In this document: in pieces, positions 13,400 to 24,126 of the stretch
How positions within the stretch are numbered: the first letter of the stretch is position 1
How the letters are laid out: each line of letters begins with the position of its first letter
DNA from: Mobula hypostoma
Taxonomy: Eukaryota
Assembly (NCBI RefSeq): GCF_963921235.1
Contig: NC_086108.1
Coordinates: 105,092,001-105,156,000 of the forward strand
Direction of reading: 5' to 3'
DNA: 64,000 nt
Notes under the pieces: generated by a model
Database searches by the model: none
Told to the model about the DNA's origin: nothing
What the model saw: the letters and a program-made list of their open reading frames with translations, nothing else
Made by a program: the position numbers and the translations under genes

Positions 13400-14369
13400 G
13401 GCATCACACTCAAAACGCTGGAGGAACTCAGCAGGCCAGGCAGCGTTGATGGAAAAGAGTAAAAAGACAATGTTTTGGGCCAAGACCCTTCGGCAGGACT
13501 GGAGAAAAAAGACGAGGAGTCAGAGTTAGATATGGGTGGGGGGAGGGGAGGAAGAAACACAAAGTGATCAGTGAAACTGGGAGAAGGGAGGGGTGAAGTG
13601 AAGAGCTTTTTCTGGCGGACAGAGCATAGGTGCTCAGCGATGCAGTCTCCCAATCTGCATCGGAACTCACCTCACCGAGATACAAGAGGCTACACCGGGA
13701 GCACCGGTTACAATAGATGACCCCAACGGAGTCACAGGTGAAGTGTTGGCTCAACTGGAAGGACCGTTTGGAGCCCTGAATGGTAGTGAGGGAGGAGGTG
13801 CAGAGGCAGGTGCGGCACTTGTTCCACTTGCAAGGATAAGCGCCAGGAGGGAGATCAGTGGAGGGGGGGAGGGGGAAGGAAAGACATGATTGATGGTGGG
13901 ATCCCACTGGAGATGGCGGAAGTTATGGAGAATTTTGTGCTGGACACAGAGGTTGGTGGGGTGGTTGGTGAGGACGAGAGGAACCCTATCCCTGGCAGAG
14001 TGGCGAGAGGATGGGGTGAGGACAGATGTATGAAATGGAAGAGATGTGGTTAAGGGCAGCGTTGATGGTGGAGGAAGGGAAGGCCCTTTCTTCTCCAGCT
14101 CTGTATCTCATTCACCAAACAACTTCCCAGCTCTTTACTTCACTCCTGCCCCTCCCAGTTTCACCTATAACCTTGTGGTTTTTCCTCCCCTCCCTCCACC
14201 TAATTACTTTGACTCCTCATCCTTTTTCTCTCCAGTCCTGCTGAAAGGACTTGGCCTGAAACATCGACTGTACTCTTTTCCATTGATGCTGCCTAGCCTG
14301 GTGAGTTCCTCCCGCATTTTGTGTGTGTTGCTTGGATTTCCAGCATCTGCAGATTATCTCTTGTATGTG
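13400..14369 (-). mobile_element. Penelope-like element fragment: GIY-YIG endonuclease remnant between inverted pseudo-LTR pieces
   Basis: Peptide CKWNKCRTC...FTCDSVGVIYCNRCSRCSLLYLGE...GDCIAEHL; inverted repeats ~13404-13605 and ~14090-14369; 13-bp flanking duplication acctttaaatgct. Confidence 0.85.
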
Positions 14370-14382
14370 ACCTTTAAATGCT

Positions 14383-14517
14383 TTCCTGATGAAGGGTGTT
14401 GGCCTGAAACATCGACTGTTTACTCATTTCCATAGATGCCACCAGAACTTCTGAGTTCCTCCAGCATTTTGCCAGCATTTCTCTGGATTTCCAGCATCTG
14501 CAGAATCTCTTGTGTTT
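14383..14517 (+). mobile_element. Second Penelope pseudo-LTR insertion at the same target
   Basis: cctgatgaagggtgttggcctgaaacatcgactg; flanked by acctttaaatgct at 14370 and 14518. Confidence 0.8.
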
Positions 14518-14819
14518 ACCTTTAAATGCTTGTCTGTCTGGCATTGACACTCCCATATTTAATAGGAGAGGTGTTGGGTATTAAGCCAAGCAAATCTCTA
14601 CAGATGTACTGTGGAAATCATTCTAACTGGTTGCATCAGGGTCTAGTTTGAAGGGGCCACTGCACAGGATCAGAAAAAGCTGCAGAAAATTACACACACA
14701 GCCAGCTCCATCATGGACACTAGCCCCCTCTGCATCCGAGGACAACCTCAAAAGGCAATGCCTCAGAAAGGTGGCATCCATCATTAAGGGTCCCCATCAC
14801 CCAGGACATGCCCTCTTCC

Positions 14820-16305
14820 AGAGGACTGGAAAATTGCAAATGTCACTCCACTCTTTAAGAAAGGGGGAATGCAGCAGAAAGGAAATTATAGACCAGTTAG
14901 CCTGACCTCAGTGGCTGGGAAGACGTTAGCGTCAATCGTTAAGGATAAGGTGATGGAGTACTTGGTGACACAGGATAAGATTGTACAAAGTCAGCATGGT
15001 TTCCTTCAGGGAAAATCCTGCCTGACAAACCTGTTGGAATTCTTTGAGGAGATTACAAGTAAGATAGATAAAGGGGATGCAGTGGATGTTTTACATTTGG
15101 ACTTTCAGAAGGCCTTTGACAAGGTGCCACACATGAGGCTGCTTACCAAGTTAAGAGCCCATGGCATTATAGGAAAGTTACTAAAATGGCTAGAGCAATG
15201 GCTGATTGGTAGGAGGCAGCAATTGAGAATAAAAGGATCCTTTTCAGGTTGGCTGCCAGTGACTAGTGGTGTTCTGCAGGGGCCGGTGTTGGGACCACTT
15301 CTTTATATGCTGTATATCAATGATCTAGATGATGGAATAGATGGCTTTGTTGCCAAGTTTGCAGATGATACAAAGATTGATGGAGGGGCAGGTAGTGTTG
15401 AGGAAACATGTAGGATGCAGAAGGACTTAAGACAGATTAAGAGAATGGGCAAGAAAGTGGCAAATGAAATACAATGTTGGAAAATGCACGGTCATGCACT
15501 TTGGTAGTAGAAATAAATGTGCGGACTTTTTTCTAAACAGGGAGAAAATCCAAAAATCTGAGATGTAAAGGGACTTGTGCAGAACACCCTAAAGGTTAAC
15601 TTGCAGGTTGAGTCTGTGGTGAGGAAGGCAAATGTAATGTTAACATTCATTTCAAGAGGTCTAGAATCTAAGAGCAAGGATATGATGCTGAGGCTTTATA
15701 AGGCACTGGTGAGGCCTTCACCTTGAACATTGTGAACAGTTTGGGCCCCTCGTCTTAGAAAAGATGTGCTGGCATTGGAGAGGTTCCAGAGGAGGTTTAC
15801 AAGGATGATTCCAGGGATGAAAGGGTTATCATACGAGGAACTTTTGATGGCTCTGGGTCTGTACTCACTGGAATTCAGAAGGATGAGGGGGAATCTCATT
15901 GAAACCTTTCGAATGTTGAAAGGCCTAGATAGAGTAGATGTGGAAAAGATGTTTCCCATGGTGGGAGAGTCTGGGACAAGAGGGCACAGCCTCTGGATAG
16001 AGAGGCGTCCATTCAAAACAGAGATGTGGAGAAATTTGTTTAGCCAAAGGATGGTGAATTTGTGGAATTTGTTGCCACATGCAGCTGTGGAGGCCAGGTC
16101 ATTGGGTCTATTTAAGGCAGAGATTGATAGGTTCTTGATATGGCATCAATAGATAGGATTGATATGGCATCAAAGGTTAAAGGAGAAGGCCGGGAAATGG
16201 GGTTGAGGATGAGAAGGAAAAAGCATCAGTCATGATTGAATAGTGGAGCAGACTCAATGGGCCAGGTGGCCTACTTCTGTTCCTATGTCTTATGGTCTTA
16301 TAGTC
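14820..16305 (+). mobile_element. 5'-truncated CR1 LINE (RT domain to 3' end), relatively young
   Basis: NYRPVSLTS, QHGF, SCLTNLLEFFE, LDFQKAFDKVPH, SGVLQG, KFADDTK, TRGHS; frameshifts near 15425 and 15720. Confidence 0.92.
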
Positions 16306-16788
16306 TTATTATTACCATCGAAGAGGAGGTACACGCACGCACAATATATACAAACTCACTCAGATATTCTCTCTCTTGTTGGCCCTTGGCCAATTCTGTC
16401 ACCTGCCTACCTTCTGATGACAAACCACTCCTGGCTCTGTCTGATGCCATCCTGGGTAACATGCACCTTTTGGCCATGTGTGATACTGCTTCACATCTGC
16501 AAGCTCCATCGTTCTATGTCACCTCAAATACATCTCACCTGAGTTCCAACCTAACCCATCATAGACCATAGAACATTACAGCACAGCACAGGCTCATGAT
16601 GTTGTTCCGACCTTTGAACCTGCTCTAAGATCAATCAAACAAAATCAACACCAAAAACTGCAGATGCCTGAAAAGCGAAAAGTAAAAGTCCTCCCAAAAT
16701 TGGTCAGACACAGCTTGTGGAGATAAAGGGAGGGGACAATACCGTAGTTGTGGAAATGATGGTGGATGGGATCATCGAGAGAACACAG

Positions 16789-17028
16789 TATTGTGCTTTT
16801 AATGTTTAAGTAATATTTGAGTAATCTTGTGTGTATATATATATATATGTTCATTAAGCTTTCCTGTTCATTTACATAATTAATTACAGGTTATATGCAT
16901 AAATACGTGAATTGCATACGTGATACATGAGCATCTTGGTTAAAGTAAAGAGGAAGCTACACCCGCATTCTTGGATTCCCGTGTCTTTCTTTGAATTAGT
17001 TCAATGTTTTGCAGTTAAAAAACATAAC
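16789..17028. repeat. AT-rich interspersed repeat, possibly a solo LTR; second interrupted copy ~21490-22540
   Basis: Shared tttaagtaa(t/c)atttgagtaatcttgt and gaattgcata blocks. Confidence 0.5.
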
Positions 17029-17091
17029 ACACACAACACTCACAACACGCTGGAGGAACTCAGCAGGCCAGGCAGTATCCGTGGAAATGAT

Positions 17092-17129
17092 CAGTTGACG
17101 TTTCGGGCCAGAACCCTTCATCAGGACTG
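17092..17129 (-). ncRNA. Minimal hammerhead ribozyme-like motif (opposite strand)
   Basis: cagtc-CTGATGA-agggttctggccc-GAAA-c-GTC-aactg; one stem I mismatch. Confidence 0.6.
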
Positions 17130-17155
17130 TAGAGGGAAGGGGCTGAGGCCCTAGG

Positions 17156-17189
17156 GTCCTGATGAAGGGTTCCGGCCCGAAACGTCGAC
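17156..17189 (+). ncRNA. Minimal type I hammerhead ribozyme-like motif
   Basis: gtc-CTGATGA-a-gggt-tccg-gccc-GAAA-c-GTC-gac: stem I, core boxes, stem II and cleavage triplet present; activity untested. Confidence 0.7.
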
Positions 17190-18674
17190 TGATCGTTTCC
17201 ACGGATGCTGCCCGACCTGCTGAGTTCCTCCAGTGCGTTGAGTGTTGCTTTGATCCCAGCATCTGCAGATTATTTTGTGTTTACAATAACACACACAACA
17301 GTCCTCATTGTGGGATCAGCAGCTTCTAGTTCCTGGATGTCAAAATCTCAGGTTCTCGCGTCCCTGCAAAATCCTTGTAACTTTTCTCTGTACTCTTTCA
17401 ATCTTGTTAATTTCTTTCCTGCAGGTTAGGGAGCAGAACTGCACACAATGCTCCAAATTTGGCCTCATCCACATATTACACAAATTAAACATAACATCCC
17501 AACTTCTGTATTCAGTGTTCAGAATTATGAAATCCTATGTGCCAAAAGCTCTCTTAACAATCCTATCTACCAGTGACAGCACTTTCAAGGAATTATTCTT
17601 CTGTATTCCAAGATCCCTGCGTCCTTCCACACATCTCAGTGCCTCAACTTCCCAAAATACACTATTCATGTTTACTTCTTGTTTGAATTTTGCTGGAAAT
17701 GGTGCCAAATCCTTTGAGCTTTCTATGAAATGCGCGTACAAATTGTACTTCCATAAGCACACGCTCTATGGTTCAGGAACAGCTTCCTCCCCATCGCTTT
17801 CAGATTTCTGAATGGACAACAAACCCATGTGCACTACCTCACTATATATTTTATTTCTTTTTTTGCACTACTAATTATATACATAATATATGAAATTATA
17901 TATATCTATATCATATTGTAATTTATGTTTTTAAAATTACTTATTGCCATGTAATGCTGCACAAAAAAGATATTTCACAACATACGCCAGTGATATTGAA
18001 CCTGATTCTGATTCTGAAGCAGCCTTGATATCATCACAGGTGTTTAAGTTGTCCACAAAAAGAACAATTTGTTTCTGTTCTTCACACCTCAAAAAAAAAC
18101 TCAGAACAGTACGAGCATTGACACCTCTGTGAACACAATTGGCTCGACAGCAATCTTCCACACAAAAACCGGGACAGCGGACAGGCTGTTAGCACTGAGG
18201 TTCAAAGAGAGTAAATGGCAAGGCTCTATTGGTCGCAGCCGACCGTACAGGCAGACAGCGTGGAGGGGAAGTCTCTACACCAACTGTTCTGGGCATCAAA
18301 CACGGGTCTGCGGAAGCTCACTCTGAAAGCATTTTCCATTTTGCTTTCTAAATTGAATGATGACAGCTTGCAGATTTGCATTTGCTTAATTGCCAAACTA
18401 AGACAGAAGGAATTTCAGAGACAAAGCAGATGGTACCAGGTTTGCTGTAACTACTTTTCTGATTATCTTTGTATAAATGGCTCCAAAAGACAGAAGCATT
18501 ACCATTACTGCTAATAAGGGATTGAGTGCTCGAGTTTCAGAAAATGATGACTTTGATAACACTTTCGTAATCACTAAGCTATTGTTGCAAACTCTTGTTC
18601 ACAAAAATGTGCAAACATATTGGCAGTTGCATGCAGTCCTTAGTTGTGTCTTTAATTTTAACAACTGAAAACTA

Positions 18675-19213
18675 CATTCAGTGTCCACATTAATAGGTAC
18701 ACCTGCCCTTCAATGTAAATATCTAATCAGCCAATCATGTGGCAACAATTCAATGCATAAGAACACGCAGACATGGCCAAGAGGTTCAGTTGTCCAGACC
18801 AAACATCAGAATGAGGTAGAAATATGATCTAAGTGGAACTTGACTGTGGAATGGTTGTTGCTGCTAGACAGGGAGGTTTGAGTATCTCAGGAACTGCTGA
18901 TCTCCTGGGACTTTCACATGCAGCAGTCTCTAGAGTTTATAGAGAATGATGTGAAAAACAAAAAAAACTCCCGTGAGTGGCAGTTCTGTGGGAGAAAATG
19001 CCTCGTTAATGACAGAAAATTCAGAGAAGAATGGCCATACTGAACAGAAAGGTGATAGTAACTCTAATAACCATGTGTTACAACAGTGGTGTGCAGAGAG
19101 CACCTCTGAATGCACAACACATTGAACCCTGAAGTGGATTGGCTACAGCAGAAGAAGACCACGTAGCTACTTTATTAGGTGCAAGAGGTATTTAATAAAG
19201 TGGCTACTGAGTG
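18675..19213 (+). mobile_element. Non-autonomous Tc1 deletion derivative
   Basis: TA flanks, degenerate TIRs of type cactcagtggccactttattaggtac; remnant of the transposase N-terminal HTH. Confidence 0.8.
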
Positions 19214-19714
19214 TATCTGTTCTCAATTCAATGAAATCTAATCTTATCCTTCCTCCCTGCCTTCTTCCACACCATCTGATCAACTATTCCAGTTAGCCAC
19301 CCACCCCCACCCCACAACCCCTTCTATTACCTCAGTCACTGCACTGTGAATATCTAAGAACACAAGTTACAAGTAAGGACAGAGAGAATAGTTGGGACTG
19401 TGGCTGTTCTATCTGCTCAGAGGAAATCAGAGAGCTGTCTGGAGCTAGGGAATATTTGGGATAATGATAAGTGAGAATGGCAGATAGAAGATTCCTCTAG
19501 GGAACCAAAAACACAAGAGATTCTGCAAATACTGAAAATCCAGAGTAACACACACAAAAACCTGAAGGAACTCAGTAGGTCAGGCAGCAGCTATGAAGAG
19601 GAATAAAGAGCCGACATTTCGGTTGAGACTCTTGAAGATCAGTCCTGATGAAAGGTATCATCCCAAAAGGTTGCCTCCAAAGGAGAGGGTCCAGAAGAGG
19701 TTCACAAGAAGGAT

Positions 19715-20665
19715 CCTGTGATTTTTATAAATGACCTGGATGAGGAAGTGGAGGGATGGGTTAGTAAATTTGCTGATGACATAAAGGTTGGGGGTGTTGT
19801 GGATAGTGTGGAGGGCTGTCAGAGGTTACAACGGGACATTGATTGGATGCAAAATTGGGCTAAGAAGTGGAAGATGGAGTTCAACACAGATAAGTGTGAG
19901 GTGGTTCATTTTAGTAGGTCAAATATGATGGCAGAATGTAGCATTAATGGTAAGGCTCTTGACAGTGTGAAGGATCAGAGAGATCTTGGGGTCCGAGTCC
20001 ATAAGACACTCAAAGCTGCTACACAGGTTGACTGTGTGGTTAAGAAGGCATATGGTGCACTGGCCTTCATCAATCGTGGGATTGAGTTTAAGAGCCGAGA
20101 GTTAATGTTGCAGCTATATAGAACCCTGGTCAGACCCCACTTGGAATTATATGCTCAATTCTGGTTGCCTCACTACAGGAAGGACATGGAAACCATAGAA
20201 ATGGTGCAGAGGAGATTTACAAGGATGTTGCCTGGATTGGGGAGCACGCCTTATGAGAATAGGTTGAGTGAAGTCGGCCTTTTCTCCTTGGAGCAACGGA
20301 GGGTGAGAGGTGACCTGATAGAGGTGCACAAGATAATGAGAGGTATTGATTGTGCGGATAGTCAGAGGCTTTTTCCCCAGGGCTGAAATGTCTAACATGA
20401 GAGGGCATAGTTTTAAGGTGCTTGGAAGTAGGTACAGAGGAGATATCAGGGGTAAGTATTTTACACAGAGAGTGGTGAGTGCGTGGAATGGGCTGCCGGA
20501 GGCGGTGGTGGAGGCAGAAATGATAGGGTCTTTTAAAAGACTCCTGGATGGCTACATGGAGCTTAGAAAAATGGAGGGCTGTGGGTAAAGCCTAGGTAGT
20601 TCTAGTCAGCACAGCTTTGTGGGCTGAAGGGCCTGTATTGTGCTGTATGTTTCCTATGTTTCTAT
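19715..20665 (+). mobile_element. 5'-truncated CR1 LINE with (tttctatg)-type tail
   Basis: ORF 19718-20386: FINDLD, SKFADD, LVRPHLE, QRRFTRM, RGDLIEV. Confidence 0.92.
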
Positions 20666-20669
20666 GTGA

Positions 20670-21100
20670 ATGAAAGGGTTAGCCTTTGAGGAGCTTTTGA
20701 TGGTGCTGGGTCTATACTCTCTGGAGTATGAAGAATAAGGGAGATCTCATTGAAACCTATCGAATATTGAAAGGCCTAGATAGGGTAGATATGGAAAGGA
20801 TATTTTCTGTAGCGGGAGAGTCTAGGACCAGGGGGCACAGCCTCAGTGTTGAAGCATATCTCTTTAGAACAGAGATGAGGAGCAATACCTTTAACCAGAG
20901 GTTGACGAATTTGCTGCAGATGGCTGTGGAGCAATATCATCAAGTATGATAGGTTCTTGATCTATAAGCGTGTCAAAATGTATGGAGAGAAGGCAGGAGA
21001 ATGTGATTGAGAGGGAAAATAAATCAACCATGATGGAATGGCTGAGAAAACCTGATGGGCAGAATGGCCTAATTCTGCTCCCATGTCTTATGGACACATG
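20670..21100 (+). mobile_element. CR1 3' fragment
   Basis: GDLIETYRILKGLDRVD..ESRTRGHS. Confidence 0.8.
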
Positions 21101-21509
21101 GTCCAATCCAAGCTCTCATAAGACCTGAGATTCTACACACAGAGTAATTTACCAACCTCTCGAGCCTTGGGAATGTCAAAGGATACCAAAGCACCTGGAA
21201 GATCATTGGATCACAGGAAGAACTTGCAAACTCCACACAGACATTGGCTGAGGTCAGGACTGAATCAGGGACTCCGGTGCTGTAAGGCTGTGGCCCTACC
21301 AGTTACAGCACTATGAGCGGACAGTGTGGGGTGATCTATCCTCATTTGCAGCTCAGTACTGCATTAGGATGACATGATATGCATGGCAGCTAGCATAAGC
21401 ACTTTACTATGCCAGCGATCACTAAGGAGTGTGTATACATTCTTCCCGTGACCGTGTGGGTTTCCTCTTGCATTCTGAAGATATGGTTAATGTTGTGTAT
21501 TTTATATTT

Positions 21510-21955
21510 AGATTTAGATTATGAGGACACTCAGTCCTCGTTTATTGTCATTTAGAAAAATGCATGCATTAAAAAATGATACAATGTTCCTCCAGAAAGA
21601 TATCACAGAAACACAGGACAAATCAAGACTAACCGACAAAACCACATAATTATAACATATAGTTACAACAGTGCAAAGTAATACCGTAATTTGATAAAGA
21701 GCAGACCATGGGCATGGTAAAAAAAGTCTCAAGTCCCGATAGCCCCAGCATTTCACGCAGACGGTAGAAAGGAGAAACTCTCCCTGCCCCTCCAAGCGCC
21801 GCAAACTTGCCAATGCATTGGAAGCACCCGACCGCAGCCGACTCTGAGTCCATCCGAAAACTTCAAGCCTCCGACCAGCCCTCCGGCACTGAGCACCATC
21901 TCTGCCGAGCGCTTTGACCCTGTCCCAGCGGCCGAGCAACAAGCAAAGCCGAGGA
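21510..21955 (-). mobile_element. Non-coding retroposon 3' end with (tctaaa)n tail, unclassified
   Basis: GC-rich body, AATAAA and a short tandem tail on the minus strand; interrupts the AT-rich repeat. Confidence 0.5.
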
Positions 21956-22044
21956 ATTAAATATTTAAGTAACATTTGAGTAATCTTGTATATACGTATA
22001 TTGTTTGATTAAGTATTCTTTGTTTAAACTATTCATTACGAATT

Positions 22045-22385
22045 ATAGAAACATAGAAACATAGAAAATAGGTGCAAGAGTAGGCCATTCAACCCTTCGA
22101 GCCTGCACCGCCATTCAGTATGATGATGGCTGATCATCCAACTCAGAACCCTGTACCTGCCTTCTCTCCATACCCCCTGATCCCTTTAGCCACAAGGGCC
22201 ATATCTAACTCCCTCTTAAATATAGCCAATGAACTGGCCTCAACTGTTTGCTGTGGCAGAGAATTCCACAGATTCACCACTCTCTGTGTGAAGAAGTTTT
22301 TCCTAATCACGGTCCTAAAAGGCTTCCCCTTTATCCTCAAACTGTGACCCCTCATTCTGGACTTCCCCAACATCGGGAACAATCT
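22045..22385 (-). mobile_element. CR1 3' end with (tttctatg)n tail
   Basis: RGHSLRIKG..RKNFFTQRVVNLWNSLP. Confidence 0.88.
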
Positions 22386-23571
22386 TCCTACATATATAAA
22401 TGCATGAATTGCATATCTCATCACACTACCACATGATATGTGTATGACTCACTTGAAGTAAGTTCAAAGTTAGACTCACATTTCGGACACCTGCGTCTTC
22501 CTTTGTATTAGTTTATTGTTCTGAAGTTAACAAACACAATGTTCAGGGTTAGGGTTGGTGAGTTGTGGGCGAACTTCGTTGGCTCCACTTGCAGGCTACA
22601 CCCTGCACAATCTGATTTGTGGCAAACTATGCATTTGGCGGTATAGAGTTATAACGTCCTAGAACAGGACAACACTGAAGCAGGACCTTCAGCCCATCTA
22701 TCTGTGCTGATCTAGTCCCATTGACCTCACCTGGATCATGGCCTTCCATCATCCCCCCCATCCACATACCTATCCAAACCTCTCTTACATGTTGAAATTG
22801 CCACTTTGGCTGGCAGCTCGTTCCACATTCTCACTAGCCTAAGTGAATAAGTTCGCTCTCATGTTCCCCTTAAATATTTCACCTTTTACCCTTAACCCAT
22901 GACCAAGTCCCACCCAACCCCAGTGGAAAAAGCCTGCTTACATTTCCCCGATCGACATATCTCATGATTTTGTATACTTCTATCAAATTTCCCATCATTT
23001 ACTTTGTATGCGTGCCAAATAAAGCTAATCTTTAATATTTGTTTCAATCTACTGCATACATAGTAAGCCAAATGGCCCCTCCATCTGGGCAGCAAACATC
23101 CCTGTATTTTAAAAGTTCCTCGTGGGATCAATTGTTAAACTGTGAATTTGTTTAAGCATTGACTGTGAATGAGCAAAGAATTCAAACAATGCAACAGAAG
23201 TTTTTGAACAAGGCGGGCTGCACACAGTTGCTTCACGCTGCGATTTCCCACATAATGTGCCAAGAGACCCGCTGCTAGACCAGGACTTTCCTTTCAGCCT
23301 TCAGGGGAAGAGTCAAGTGTGAAACAATTCACTGCCCTTCCAGAGGTAGTAGTGGTAGGGGGTGAAAGGTTCTATTTGCATAACACTGTGTGCATTCTTA
23401 AAACATCCTAAAACTTTTCAGAGGCAGTGAATTAATTTCTTTGTTCAAGCAAGAACACAAAGGAACAAAATTCATAGCACTTTAGAACATTAGGAACTCC
23501 TTCCGCCAAAAGACTGGATTCACGGCACAAGTGAAGATTCAATCAGAAAGAAATCTAGCAGTGTAGAAGTA

Positions 23572-24126
23572 CTCTCGGTGGCCACTTTATTAGGTACACC
23601 TGTACAACTGCTCGTTCACGTAAAATATCTAATCAGCCAATCGTTTGGCAGCAACTCAATGCATAAAAGCATGCAGACATGGTTGGGTGGTTCACTTTTT
23701 CAGACCAGACATCAGAATGGTGAAGAAAGGTGATTTAAGGAACTTTGACTGTGGAACGACTGTTGGAGCCAGACATGGTGGTTTGAGTAATTCTGAAACT
23801 GCCGATCTCCTGGGATGTTCATGCATGACAATCTTCAGAGACTGATGTGGTAAACATAAACAACATCCAGTGAGCGGCAGTTCTGTGGGTGACCGTGCTT
23901 GCTAATGAGAGAGGTCAGAGAAGAATGGTTCAAGCTGACAGGAAGGTGACAGTAACTCAGATAAATTTGTGATACAACAGTGGTGTGCAGAAGAGCATCT
24001 CTGAATGCACAACATGTTGAACCTTGAAGTGGATGGGCTACAGTAGTAGGAAACCATAAACATGCACTCAATGGAATGGCTACTTTATTTGGTACAGGAG
24101 GTACCTAATGAAGTGGTCACTAAGTG
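23572..24126 (+). mobile_element. Non-autonomous Tc1 deletion derivative
   Basis: TA flanks, TIRs, peptide MVKKGDLRNFDCGTTVGARHGGLSNSETADLLG (Tc1 HTH). Confidence 0.85.

Larger units (their letters stand above)
17039..17285. mobile_element. Palindromic Penelope pseudo-LTR insertion (two inverted copies)
   Basis: Arms ~17041-17129 and ~17156-17245 are reverse complements; 15-bp direct repeat ataacacacacaaca at 17024 and 17286. Confidence 0.85.

Noticed and set aside
14869..20386. RT ORFs (212 aa and 222 aa) as functional genes
   Set aside because: 5'-truncated CR1 copies with frameshifts and no endonuclease or promoter
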